64,000 nucleotides of DNA, taken from the NCBI GenBank assembly GCA_965200245.1, contig CBDATS010000004.1, forward strand, positions 800,001 through 864,000, read 5' to 3'. The notes under the pieces are model-generated. The model saw only the letters and a list, made by a program, of their open reading frames with translations. It did not search any database and was not told the DNA's origin. This DNA is from a bacterium (lineage in GTDB: Bacteria > UBA8248). The translations under genes were made by a program, and so were the position numbers. Shown one piece after another: positions 20,487 to 30,273 of this stretch (position 1 is its first letter; each line of letters begins with the position of its first letter).

Positions 20487-20514
20487 AAAAAAGGGGCCGC
20501 CGGAGCGACCCCTT
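20487..20514 (-). terminator. Rho-independent terminator
   Basis: Minus strand AAGGGGTCGC-TCCG-GCGGCCCC-TTTTTT, downstream of the DUF296 gene. Confidence 0.8.
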
Positions 20515-20545
20515 GAAACCTGCTTCAGCCTGATTCTATGACAAT

Positions 20546-21151
20546 CTAGCGGACTCCCTTGGGCTTGGGGCGCGCCTTTCGCTTCGAGATAGCCTTTTTG
20601 ATCGCGGCTTCGGATTTCCCGTTCGTCTCAATGCCAAAGACCTCGCCCACGCGGGTATGCCTGTCCATCAGGCGCATGAAGGCGATGTCAGTCAACTCGG
20701 CGATCACCATCTCGCACGTACTGAAGATGGTGCAGCCCTCAACGAGGTGCCCACCAAAGCACGTCGCCTCGGGCCGGCCCATCGAGATGGTGACGTGGGC
20801 GTGAAGGTATGGTTCTCCCGCTTCGGTCTGCGTGATGTTGCCGCTCATCTGCAGGAGTTCGAGCGGGCCGTTGATGGGCGTGAAGATGCGGCACTCGTCG
20901 TTGATGGGAAACGGATCGGGGAACTGCCAGACGTTTCTGAGCACCGCCTTTTGCAGGCTCGCCGCCACGCTCAGGATGACGCCTGCCTTCACACCCTTCT
21001 CCTCGCATATCTTGAGCGTCGTGCCAAACAGATCGTCTCCCGGCGCCATGCGGACGGCCAGGACACGGCCGATGCTCGCCTCGGCCACGTCGTAGCGGGC
21101 CTTGCGGGTCTTCCAGTTGGAATTATCGAAATTCGTCAGTTTTCTCGCCAT
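20546..21151 (-). CDS. PPC/DUF296 domain protein
   Basis: RMAPGDDL, ELLQMSGNI, LHAHVTI, GGHL. Confidence 0.88.
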   Translation of the reverse strand: MARKLTNFDNSNWKTRKARYDVAEASIGRVLAVRMAPGDDLFGTTLKICEEKGVKAGVILSVAASLQKAVLRNVWQFPDPFPINDECRIFTPINGPLELLQMSGNITQTEAGEPYLHAHVTISMGRPEATCFGGHLVEGCTIFSTCEMVIAELTDIAFMRLMDRHTRVGEVFGIETNGKSEAAIKKAISKRKARPKPKGVR

Positions 21152-21282
21152 GGATACTCATTCTCCCCAAGAGGCCTCTTGCCTTGTATGTGAAAAGATG
21201 CGCCGCCGTGAAATTTTTCGGGGTTATATCACACAGGGTGACGGCGCGCATTCCGCATCAGGGCACTGGCGGCGAAACCGCC

Positions 21283-22566
21283 TCAATCGCTTTGCACTTC
21301 GTAGCGCACCTCCCCGTTCGTGACAGTGCAGACGACGAACGCGCCTTCATCGAACACATTGCCCAGGTGCAAATCGCCAATACCGCGCGGCGGACAGACG
21401 ACGCAGAAATCGGCCGCGCCGCCGGGCTTGAGAACACCCAGGTTCTCGAATCCAAGCGCCTCGGCACCCGCGCGGGTGCACATATCGAGCAGTTGAGCGT
21501 CTGTAATCTCTTCATCCACTTCGCGGAGGGCGCGGGCCTCGTCCAGAAGCGAGAGGGTAGGGCTACTCGCCAGACTGTCCGTTCCCAGGCACAACGCCAG
21601 CCCCGAATCGCGCATGCGCGCCGCATCGGCGAAGGAATGACCGAAAAAGCGCGCCGAGCGCGGACAAAGGCAGACGCTCACCCCGTTCTTCCTCAAAAGC
21701 ATCCAGTCTTCCACGTTCGTCTGGTTCGCGTGTACCGCAAGGGTCAGGCTGCTAAGCGCATCCGCCAGATCGAGATGAGCGACGGGCCGAAGTCCCGAGG
21801 GCTTGAAACCCTCCAGCGCGCCGTTCAACTCCCGGTGAACCCTCGCGAACGTGCCGCCGCCGTCTTGCAGGAACTCGATTTCATCCGCGCTTTCACCCAG
21901 GTGCGTCGCCACGGGCCAGCCTCTTGCTCGCGCCTCCTCCGCCGCCACGCGGTAGAGGGCGAGCGATGCCGAATAGGGCGCGTGGGGACTCAGGCCGTAC
22001 CGAACGGCTTCCGGAACGGAGCCTTCGTACTCGGGAAAAAGGTCGCAGTCTTCGAGCTTTGCCGCCAGAATTTCCTTCGCCCGTGCGGAATCGATCCCGA
22101 GCACCTCGTGGAACACCACACCCCGCATTCCTGAACCCGCTATCGCCGTGGCACTCTCGCCCGAGGTCGAGACGTCGCCCACACAGGTGACACCAGCCGC
22201 CAGGCTCGCGGCGACGCCGATACGCGCTGAGGCCAGAAACAGGTGCGCTGGCCAGGTCCTCATCTCACGCACGAGCGAGACGATCCAGTCATCTATCGGC
22301 CCGGGCTCTCTCTCGACGCCCGAGAGTTCCAGGTGCGTGTGCGCGTTGACGAGGCCGGGAATCAGGACCGCGCGCCCGAAGTCGCGCTCTTCGGCCACAG
22401 GTTCTACGGGACGCACGAAGGCTTCTTCCCCCACCGCCAGAACGCGGCCAGAGGATGTGAGCAGCGCGCCGCGCCGGATAGGCGGCCCGTTCACCGGACA
22501 GACGAGGTCCGCCAGCCAGAGTTCCATTTTCCGAGTCTTGGGTGTCCGGGGGGGCGTTGTCGTCAC
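21283..22566 (-). CDS. Amidohydrolase, probable aminodeoxyfutalosine deaminase
   Basis: PGLVNAHTHLE, SPHAPYS, THLGES, LGTDS; directly downstream of mqnC. Confidence 0.8.
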   Translation of the reverse strand: MTTTPPRTPKTRKMELWLADLVCPVNGPPIRRGALLTSSGRVLAVGEEAFVRPVEPVAEERDFGRAVLIPGLVNAHTHLELSGVEREPGPIDDWIVSLVREMRTWPAHLFLASARIGVAASLAAGVTCVGDVSTSGESATAIAGSGMRGVVFHEVLGIDSARAKEILAAKLEDCDLFPEYEGSVPEAVRYGLSPHAPYSASLALYRVAAEEARARGWPVATHLGESADEIEFLQDGGGTFARVHRELNGALEGFKPSGLRPVAHLDLADALSSLTLAVHANQTNVEDWMLLRKNGVSVCLCPRSARFFGHSFADAARMRDSGLALCLGTDSLASSPTLSLLDEARALREVDEEITDAQLLDMCTRAGAEALGFENLGVLKPGGAADFCVVCPPRGIGDLHLGNVFDEGAFVVCTVTNGEVRYEVQSD

Positions 22567-22579
22567 GTGGAAGGTGGTG

Positions 22580-23659
22580 CTAAATCAATTCGTAGAAGAA
22601 GTTGCGCCGCTTTGGCATGAAGCCTGCATTTCGCGCCATGCGGTGGAGGTCATCCTCGTTCAGCGCGTAGGTGGTCCCCGCGGCGCTCACCACGTTTTCT
22701 TCCAGCATGGTGGAACCCATGTCGTTACAGCCGTAACGTAAGGACAACTCGCCGACCTTAATGCCCTGCGTCACCCAAGAGGACTGGAAGTTCACGATAT
22801 TGTCCAGATAGAGGCGGCTTACGGCCAGCATTCTGAGATACTCGATGCTCCCCACCGTCTGCGCCTTCAAGGGTGACGCACCGTCGTTCTGGAACGTCCA
22901 GCAGATGTAGGCCGTGAAGCCGCCCGTCTCGTCCTGAAGCTCTCGCAGGCGGTGCAAGTGCTCGATTCGCTCCGCGTCCGTTTCCACGTGGCCGAACATC
23001 ATTGTGGCGGTCGATCGGATACCCAAATTGTGGGCGACACGCATGACCTCAAGCCAGCCCTCGGTGTTCACCTTCAGCCTCGAAATCCTGTTCCGCACAC
23101 GGTCGACCAGAATCTCGCCGCCGCCGCCCGGAACCGAATCCAGTCCCGCCGCGCGCAGGCGAGTGAGCACCACTTCGTATGGCATGTCCTCTAATCTTGC
23201 GATGTGGTGAATCTCGGGCGGACTGAGTGCGTGGAGATGGAGATCCGGGAATTCCCCCTTCATCCAGGAGAAAAGCTCCTCGTACCATTCGATCCGGAGG
23301 TCCGGATGATGGCCCCCCTGCAGCAGAATCTGCCTGCCTCCCACGGCGTAGAGTTCGTCCAGTTTTTGCCTTATCTCATCGCGCGTCCTGATATAGGCCT
23401 CGGGATGCTCGCCTGGTGGGCGGTAAAACGCGCAGAACGTGCAATAGACGTCACACACGTTCGTGTAGTTGATGTTCCTGTCCACGCAATAGGTGGCGTA
23501 GCCTTCGGGGTGGAGGCGCGCTCGTACATCGTCCGCCGCCGTGCCCAGCGCGACCAGGTCGTCTCCTTCGAGCAGGGCGAGCCCCTCCTCATAAGAGAGC
23601 CGCTCGCCTCCCGCCGCCTTTTCAATCGCCTCGTAAAACTCCGTCGTCGCCGTGGTCAT
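22580..23659 (-). CDS. mqnC: Cyclic dehypoxanthinyl futalosine synthase (radical SAM)
   Basis: DRNINYTNVCDVYCTFCAF, QGGHHPDL, QSSWVTQG, GSTMLEENVVSAAG. Confidence 0.92.
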   Translation of the reverse strand: MTTATTEFYEAIEKAAGGERLSYEEGLALLEGDDLVALGTAADDVRARLHPEGYATYCVDRNINYTNVCDVYCTFCAFYRPPGEHPEAYIRTRDEIRQKLDELYAVGGRQILLQGGHHPDLRIEWYEELFSWMKGEFPDLHLHALSPPEIHHIARLEDMPYEVVLTRLRAAGLDSVPGGGGEILVDRVRNRISRLKVNTEGWLEVMRVAHNLGIRSTATMMFGHVETDAERIEHLHRLRELQDETGGFTAYICWTFQNDGASPLKAQTVGSIEYLRMLAVSRLYLDNIVNFQSSWVTQGIKVGELSLRYGCNDMGSTMLEENVVSAAGTTYALNEDDLHRMARNAGFMPKRRNFFYELI

Positions 23660-23711
23660 GGATTTCCTCAAACGTCGTTCCAGCCGCCGGAATAATGCGG
23701 GAGCGAGGCAA

Positions 23712-25451
23712 TCAGGTCAACAGATGAAACCGGCGCAGCGAATCGGTCCCTCGCCCCGGAACCACGTCGCGGGGATTCTCTATGGCGCGGATGGTAAGCG
23801 GCGCAGCGCGGTTTCTCACTTCGATCTGATGCGCGGGAAAGGAGGAGACGTTCACTCCCGCGCGCTCTGCGACCTGGGAGGAAATGACAAGCCTGCAGTC
23901 GTATTTCTTCGTCAGATCCTGCAATCGGCTCGCCGCGTTTACCGTATCACCCACCGCCGTGAGATATTTCGCCACGCCCCGGCCCATTTGGCCCACCACC
24001 GTGGGGCCGGTGTGTATACCGATGCCGATCCGAAGGGGTTCATCGAGTTCGTCGGCGAGTGTTTCGCTCATCTCATCTAACGCGTCCACTATGGCACAGG
24101 CCGCCGCAAGGGCCTGCCTGCAACCTTCCTCGGGGCCTTCTTCCACTCCGAAGAGTGCCATGACACCGTCTCCCACGAACTGGTTGATGAGTCCGCCCTC
24201 CCTGGTGATCGCCTCGCCCATGACATCGAAGTAGCAATTCAGAAAGAACACGACGTCGTAAGGGAGTTTCTTCTCGGCGATGCGTGTGAAACCCCTCAAG
24301 TCGGCGAACAAGACGGCGACACCGCGCTCCTGACCTGCAGCATAACCCCTTTGCGCAAAACCCTGCGCCGCATCCGCGCCTGCGGGCAGAATCAGCAGAA
24401 CCGATAGATCCGCTACCGGTCGCAACTGGCACGCCAAGCGAACGTCGGGTGCGGCTTTGATCCGCTCCAGCACGCGCCGTTCCTCCGGCTGTGCGGTGGG
24501 CAGGGCATCCGCGCCTCCAAGCAGTTTCACCCGGCAGGTGGAGCACCGTCCGCGCCCCCCGCATACCGAGGCATGGGGGATTCCTCCGACGCGGCTCGCC
24601 TCCAGCACGGTGGAGCCTACCGGAACCACTGCTTCGCGCCCGCCCGCATAGGCGACGCGAAACGTCCTGCGCCTCCGCTCGGCGGCGATACGCGCCCCCC
24701 GCGCTGCGAACACCAGCGCAATCAGACCCAGATAACCCCACCACAGCGTGTCACGTGCGAAGTGGATCTGCGCCCTCTGTGTGCGGTTCGGCATTCCGGT
24801 GCGGCGCAGCATTTCGTGCCGCCACTCCCTGTCCGCCGCAAGACGAGCCGCCTCGCGTCCGCCCTGGCTGAAGCCTGCGAGGGAAATGGCAGCGATGAGA
24901 AGCATGACGGAAAGACATACCGGGAACCACCTCGAATACCAGGGCTTAAGCCTCAGCCAGTAGTGAAGTCCCATGCAGGCGTGCGCCCAGGCGATGAGCA
25001 GAAAAATCGACTGTTTGAGTCCTACGTCTGGCGAGCGATCCCAATAGAGGAACATCAGGCGTGCATAGGAATCCACCGTGCCGAACCACTCATAGGCCAG
25101 GCGCGTTCCCGCAACGTGGGAGATCATGAACAAGGGGATGGAGAGACCGAAAACGATCTGGAGCGCTTCCCAGATCGGCACCCTGAGGCTCCTGCGATCA
25201 AACAGTCCGTACATCGCAAGCACTGTATGCAGGACGAAGGAACCATAGAAGAGTACTGAACCCGGAACGCTTCGCCAGAACCCCAGAAACCAGAACCTGC
25301 CCGCATCCATCATATCGAGCGATACCAGCCCCAGAGTGTGGTTCAAGAGATGCGTGATGAGAAATGCAAAAAGCACGCAGCCCGTCGCGAGGCTCATGCG
25401 CCTGCGCCAGTGTCCGATTTTCGAGGCGACGGCAGACGCATCGGTGGTCAT
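23712..25451 (-). CDS. Membrane-bound class III nucleotide cyclase with His-rich TM domain and 2Fe-2S ferredoxin domain (CyaC-like)
   Basis: HLLNH and HACMGLH in TM region; CGGRGRCSTC...RLACQ; FADLRGFT, GDG, GDTVNAASRL. Confidence 0.9.
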   Translation of the reverse strand: MTTDASAVASKIGHWRRRMSLATGCVLFAFLITHLLNHTLGLVSLDMMDAGRFWFLGFWRSVPGSVLFYGSFVLHTVLAMYGLFDRRSLRVPIWEALQIVFGLSIPLFMISHVAGTRLAYEWFGTVDSYARLMFLYWDRSPDVGLKQSIFLLIAWAHACMGLHYWLRLKPWYSRWFPVCLSVMLLIAAISLAGFSQGGREAARLAADREWRHEMLRRTGMPNRTQRAQIHFARDTLWWGYLGLIALVFAARGARIAAERRRRTFRVAYAGGREAVVPVGSTVLEASRVGGIPHASVCGGRGRCSTCRVKLLGGADALPTAQPEERRVLERIKAAPDVRLACQLRPVADLSVLLILPAGADAAQGFAQRGYAAGQERGVAVLFADLRGFTRIAEKKLPYDVVFFLNCYFDVMGEAITREGGLINQFVGDGVMALFGVEEGPEEGCRQALAAACAIVDALDEMSETLADELDEPLRIGIGIHTGPTVVGQMGRGVAKYLTAVGDTVNAASRLQDLTKKYDCRLVISSQVAERAGVNVSSFPAHQIEVRNRAAPLTIRAIENPRDVVPGRGTDSLRRFHLLT

Positions 25452-25476
25452 GCAACCAGTCTCCCGACAGATGGCT

Positions 25477-26268
25477 TCAGATGGGATTTTTCTTCAAAAA
25501 CGCCTCCATCCGATCGATGAAGGCTCCGGGCTGATCCCAGAAAACGCTGTGGCCCGCATCAGGGATGATGGAAGTAGCGCAATCGGGCACGTTGTTCCTG
25601 TATACCTCTCTGAAATCAATAGGTCCCGCGTCGTTCTCTCCGTGACACACCCAGGTGGGAACGGAGATTTTGTGCAGTTCACCACTCAAGTCGGGCATCG
25701 TGAACAGCGCGTTCGCGGTATCGGCGAACGTCTCGGGCGTGTTCTTAAGGAACCTCTCCCTGTACTCTGCCGCCAGGGGGCCTTCTCGCAGGCTTTCGGG
25801 AATTTCGCCGCGACGCATCTTGAATTCGTGCAGTACTTCCATGCCTTCAGATTGGGCCACCTGCAAGTGCTCACTGAACATCTCCCGGTACGCGCCCGAA
25901 GGCGGGCCACAGGATGAGGCCGCGAGCATGAGGCGGCTCAAGCGATCCGGATAATGAATCCCCAGCATGGTTCCCGTCCTTCCGCCCATGCTGTGGCCGA
26001 GACAATCCGTGCGCTCGACGCCGCAAGCGTCCAGAAAGCCCGCGACGTCATCTGCGAAGTTCCTTATCGTGTAGGGGCCGCGCGGCTTGTCCGAATCGCC
26101 GTGGCCGCGCAAGTCGAGCGCGTATACATGGAAGCGCTCCGCCAGCCAGTCGATGATGGGCGTGAAGACGAAATGGGAATTCTGGAACCCGTGTACGAGA
26201 AGGAGCGGCGTTCCCTGCCCGCGTTCGATGTAATGGATATCGATTCCGTTCACTCGCGCTTTCGACAA
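25477..26268 (-). CDS. Alpha/beta hydrolase (enol-lactonase-like)
   Basis: VHGF, DLRGHGDS, GHSMGG nucleophile elbow, GEND, AGH. Confidence 0.9.
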   Translation of the reverse strand: MSKARVNGIDIHYIERGQGTPLLLVHGFQNSHFVFTPIIDWLAERFHVYALDLRGHGDSDKPRGPYTIRNFADDVAGFLDACGVERTDCLGHSMGGRTGTMLGIHYPDRLSRLMLAASSCGPPSGAYREMFSEHLQVAQSEGMEVLHEFKMRRGEIPESLREGPLAAEYRERFLKNTPETFADTANALFTMPDLSGELHKISVPTWVCHGENDAGPIDFREVYRNNVPDCATSIIPDAGHSVFWDQPGAFIDRMEAFLKKNPI

Positions 26269-26330
26269 GACTTTCTCCTTTCGTATCCCTGCGTTTCGTC
26301 AATAATCGACCCTGTTGTTCTTTAGGCGAA

Positions 26331-28589
26331 TCAATGTCTCATGCCCCGACGGGGGGGGCGTTCGGTTCTGAGTTCCGGCGTCGCCTCCTCGAAAGCGTGC
26401 GCCACGCGCAGGACATCCGTCTCGCGCCAGGGGCCACTCACGATCTGGAGCGAGATGGGCATACCCTCTGAATTCCGCCCCATTGGCGTGACGAGCGCCG
26501 GAAAGCCCGTGGCATTGTGCGGGCCGAGAAACGGCCTGTGGATGTCCTTGTAGGGAACCTCGCGCCCGTCTATTCGCGTGACAAGGGTCTCGATAGGCGG
26601 AGCGATACAGGGCATCGCGGGCTGGATGAGCGCGTCGGCACCGGTGAAGAACGCCTCGGCCTCGCGCTGCATCAACACGCGATCTCGCATCGCGCGCACG
26701 TAGTCATCGGGATCGATCCGGAACGACCACTCCAGACGTTCGAGCACGTCGGCGCCATAGCCTTCCGGGTCGCGCTCGAAAAACGGCCTGTGGAACTCGC
26801 TGAACTCTGGCCCCGTGACAAGCGGGAACAAATCCATCAATTTTTGAAAATACGCAAAGGAGACATCTTCCACTTCAGCACCCAGGTCCCGGAACACCGC
26901 CGCCGCCGCCTCGAACGCCGCCGTGATTTCAGAATCTACCGCGGCGCCTCCATGATAATCCGGGCAGAGGAGGATGCGGCTGCCGCGAACGCCATCTTCG
27001 ATACCCGCAGTGTAATCGGGAACAGGAACATCCCGGGATTTCGCATCACCGACGTCGTAGCCCGCCACGGCCTGAAGCATGAGACCTGCGTCGCGCGCGG
27101 TGCGCGTCATAGGGCCGGCGTGATCGAAACTCGGGGAGTTGGGGCAGATGCCGTGCAAGCTCACCCGGCCGTGGGTCGCCTTGAAACCCACAACTCCGCA
27201 AAGGGCGGCGGGATTGCGGATGGAGCCACCCGTGTCCGTACCGATGGCGGCGGGCGCAAGTCCCGCCGCGCAGGCCGCGCCCGAACCGCCGCTCGATCCG
27301 CCGACGATGCGCCCTGTATCCCAAGGGTTTCGCACCGTGCCGTAGTGAGGGTTGATGCTCACCGGGGCGGCGGCGAACTCGTGCGTGGTCGTCTTGCCGA
27401 GCATGACGGCGCCCGCATCTTTCAGGCGCCTGATGATCTCAGCGTCCTCGCGTGGCACGTTGTCACGGTGAAAGGAAGAGCCGTTGGTGGTAAGCACCCC
27501 CGCCGTATCGACTATGTCCTTTGCGCCGTAAGGAACCCCGTGCATGGGACCGCGCCACCGGCCACTCATTATTTCGGACTCGGCGGTTTTCGCTCCTTCC
27601 ATGGCGAGATCGGGCGTTATGGTCTGGTAGGCAAACAGTTCGGGATTCAGCGCCTCGATGCGGCGAAGATGGGCTTCGGCAACCTCGACGGGGGAAACTT
27701 GCTTTTTGCGAATCATCTCCGCGAGGTCATGAATACTGGTAAAACAAAGGTCGTCGCTCACTTCATTCTCCTTGGAGGCCGAGCCGCACGACACCTCCAC
27801 GCGGGCTGGCCCCTCGTCGACGAAGCGGGGCTCCCAGCCTGCAGGCACCAAGCCGTCTTCGACAAGAAGTTCATAGTAGTGCTTCAGGCCTTCGAGTTCC
27901 TCGCTTCCCAAATCGTAACGGATGCACTCGGTGAGATAACACCATGCCGTGTTCTTATCCACGCCCGGCGGAAGTCCCCGGTCGATGATCTCCTCGATAC
28001 GTCCGACGCCCTCTTTTTTGGCGCTGCGCAATAGTGCCGCGACATCAGCGTCTCCCGCACCGTGCCGGAACACCCAGAGTGCATAGACGAAGGGAAGACC
28101 CGTGAAGTTCTGCCACTCCTCCCCTAAATCGAGCACATAGTGATCACCCGGCGGTTCGCGCAGGGCGTTGTCACCGATGAGCAGGAAAGCGTCGAGCGAC
28201 TCGTCCTCGCGCGGGGGCTTCAGCGGATCGATGGGCACGAACTCGGGCTCCGCACCCCAGCGGTGTTTGAGGTAAACGCGCGCCATGTTCGTCGCGGCCA
28301 GCGACCAGCTATCCAGCCCCACGCGAAGCACTGAATCCGCAGGCTTTCGACAATAGAGCCGGATACTTTCCACAGGTCCTTTGCTTGCGATGCCTACACC
28401 GGACGCAAATCGAGCGCATCGCATCTGAAAAAGGGCGAATGAAGAGACGAGTGCGCCGTCCAATTCTCCGCGTGCAAGCATATCCGCCAGTTTCGAGGGG
28501 GGTTCAACAATGAGTTCAACCGCTCCGTTTGCCTCAAGCGCTACTGTGAGAGGTCTCGCGTTTAGAAAGGGAACGGTACCAAGCTTCAT
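26331..28589 (-). CDS. mqnA: Chorismate dehydratase MqnA fused in frame to an amidase-signature (GatA-like) enzyme
   Basis: N-terminal VPFLNARPL, LLIGDNAL, DLGEEW, GLPFVYALW; C-terminal GAKD, GGSSGGSG, GTDTGGSIRNP. Internal AAGGAG-N6-GTG at 27761. Confidence 0.85.
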   Translation of the reverse strand: MKLGTVPFLNARPLTVALEANGAVELIVEPPSKLADMLARGELDGALVSSFALFQMRCARFASGVGIASKGPVESIRLYCRKPADSVLRVGLDSWSLAATNMARVYLKHRWGAEPEFVPIDPLKPPREDESLDAFLLIGDNALREPPGDHYVLDLGEEWQNFTGLPFVYALWVFRHGAGDADVAALLRSAKKEGVGRIEEIIDRGLPPGVDKNTAWCYLTECIRYDLGSEELEGLKHYYELLVEDGLVPAGWEPRFVDEGPARVEVSCGSASKENEVSDDLCFTSIHDLAEMIRKKQVSPVEVAEAHLRRIEALNPELFAYQTITPDLAMEGAKTAESEIMSGRWRGPMHGVPYGAKDIVDTAGVLTTNGSSFHRDNVPREDAEIIRRLKDAGAVMLGKTTTHEFAAAPVSINPHYGTVRNPWDTGRIVGGSSGGSGAACAAGLAPAAIGTDTGGSIRNPAALCGVVGFKATHGRVSLHGICPNSPSFDHAGPMTRTARDAGLMLQAVAGYDVGDAKSRDVPVPDYTAGIEDGVRGSRILLCPDYHGGAAVDSEITAAFEAAAAVFRDLGAEVEDVSFAYFQKLMDLFPLVTGPEFSEFHRPFFERDPEGYGADVLERLEWSFRIDPDDYVRAMRDRVLMQREAEAFFTGADALIQPAMPCIAPPIETLVTRIDGREVPYKDIHRPFLGPHNATGFPALVTPMGRNSEGMPISLQIVSGPWRETDVLRVAHAFEEATPELRTERPPRRGMRH

Positions 28590-28597
28590 GGTATTGC

Positions 28598-29737
28598 TCA
28601 GGCGTGGACTGCCCATAGATCTCCCTGGCGTGTGACTTCCCGATAGAGCGTGTCCCGCTCGACGGGCTCGCGCCCCGCCTCTCTGATGAGGTGGCGGATG
28701 TCTTTCACTGTGAGCGCGTGCGGGGTCTTAGCACCCGCCATGTGGTATATCTTCTCCTGAACGACGGTGCCGTCCAGATCGTCCACGCCGAAGCGCTGCG
28801 AGATTTGCGCAATGGACTGACCCACCATGATCCAGTAGGCCTTGATGTGGGGAATGTTGTCGAGCAGAAGGCGGCCTACGGCGTAGTTCCTGATGTCGAG
28901 CATCCCGCCCGTGGGGGGGATGTCGTCCATCTGCGTGTTCTCGGGATGAAACGCGAGCGGGATGAAGGTGGTGAACCCGCTGGTTTCGTCCTGCAGGTCT
29001 CTCAGCCTCAGCATGTGGTCCACGCGATCCTCGTTCGATTCCAGGTGGCCGTAGAGCATGGTGCATGTACTGCGGATACCCTTGCTGTGGGCGATGCGGT
29101 GGATTTCGAGCCAATCCTCTGCCGAGTGTTTGCCCTTGCAGATTTTGGAACGCGTGGGTTCGGCGAAAATCTCCGCCCCGCCGCCGGTGAGGGAACCAAG
29201 GCCGGAACGCACCAGATGATCCAGCGTCTCCTCGACGCTCATCTTCGCGACGTGATCGGCCAGCCAGCGAATCTCCGTCGCCGTGAAGACCTTGAGGTGG
29301 AGTTGGGGATGAATCTCCTTGATGCCCTGGATCATCTCCAGATAGTAGTCAAAGGGCAGATCGGGATGGAGGCCGCCCACCATGTGAAACTCCGTACGGC
29401 CCCGGCCTAGCGTTTCCGCCATCTTGAAGATTTCCTCGAGCGAATACGCATAGGCGTCCTGCTGGCCTTCTTTCTTACCGAAGGCGCAGAACTTGCACGC
29501 CTTCCACAATACGCAGATGTTCGAATAGTTGATGTGGCTGTTCACGTTGTAGTAGGTGCGATCCCCATGCAACCGCTCGCGCACGATGTTCGCCATATAG
29601 CCGACGGCGTTGATATTCTCGGTCTCATAAAGGCGCACACCCTCCTCGAACGAGAGGCGAAGCCCTGCTTCTACCTTTTCGAGGATATCGCCCAGTGGGC
29701 TTCTTGAGATGCGGGCGCGCATGAAGTCGCAGTTCAT
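28598..29737 (-). CDS. mqnE: Aminofutalosine synthase (radical SAM)
   Basis: HINYSNICVLWKACKFCAF, VGGLHPDL, FIPLAFHP, HIKAYW, DGTVVQEKIYHMAGA. Confidence 0.92.
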   Translation of the reverse strand: MNCDFMRARISRSPLGDILEKVEAGLRLSFEEGVRLYETENINAVGYMANIVRERLHGDRTYYNVNSHINYSNICVLWKACKFCAFGKKEGQQDAYAYSLEEIFKMAETLGRGRTEFHMVGGLHPDLPFDYYLEMIQGIKEIHPQLHLKVFTATEIRWLADHVAKMSVEETLDHLVRSGLGSLTGGGAEIFAEPTRSKICKGKHSAEDWLEIHRIAHSKGIRSTCTMLYGHLESNEDRVDHMLRLRDLQDETSGFTTFIPLAFHPENTQMDDIPPTGGMLDIRNYAVGRLLLDNIPHIKAYWIMVGQSIAQISQRFGVDDLDGTVVQEKIYHMAGAKTPHALTVKDIRHLIREAGREPVERDTLYREVTRQGDLWAVHA

Positions 29738-29877
29738 GGTTCACCTTTCGTATTTCGTCTCATCGGAGAATCGACCAACACGGCAAGACAACGTGCATTC
29801 TGGACGCCGGAGGGTGCGATGTCAACGAGGAGGCGGATGCAGAAACGGTCCCACTTCCCCTGTATCGGGCGTTCTTT

Positions 29878-30150
29878 TCACTCCCCGAAGGGGTATCTCA
29901 GGCTGAGTGTCACGGACCAGTGGTTCATTCCCGTCATTTCGGCGGCATTCGTGAGATCCGTAACCAGGTGAGACTCGTAGGCGACCTCGGCCTCCTTGTC
30001 GCACATCATGGAGCAGGTGAACTTGAAACCCTTCAGCACCCTCTCGTTTCCGCGGTAGTCGGGGCCTGCGTGAAAATGCGCGGACAAGGTGGTGTCCGTC
30101 AGGTCTTCGTCCTGGCGGCCGCCATGACAGTCAAAACGGCGCACAGTTTT
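29878..30150 (-). pseudogene. Possible C-terminal remnant of an outer-membrane beta-barrel protein
   Basis: Amphipathic strand-like segments ending NHWSVTLSLRYPF; no signal peptide or N-terminus. Confidence 0.35.
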
Positions 30151-30273
30151 TTCTGAATTGTTCGCATTTCGTCCTCTACCTCTCAAAGTTGGATTGTTTG
30201 TGCGGAACCTCGTGTTGAACGACTCCATAGCCTAGCATCGCGAGCGTCAAGAATGCCAGAGGTATGACAAGCG

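Noticed and set aside
26517-28034. Long antisense/alternative-frame ORFs (e.g. 1853-3202, 26517-28034, 36523-38190, 53360-54409)
   Set aside because: Shadow ORFs of GC-rich genes; no motifs, and they overlap well-supported genes.
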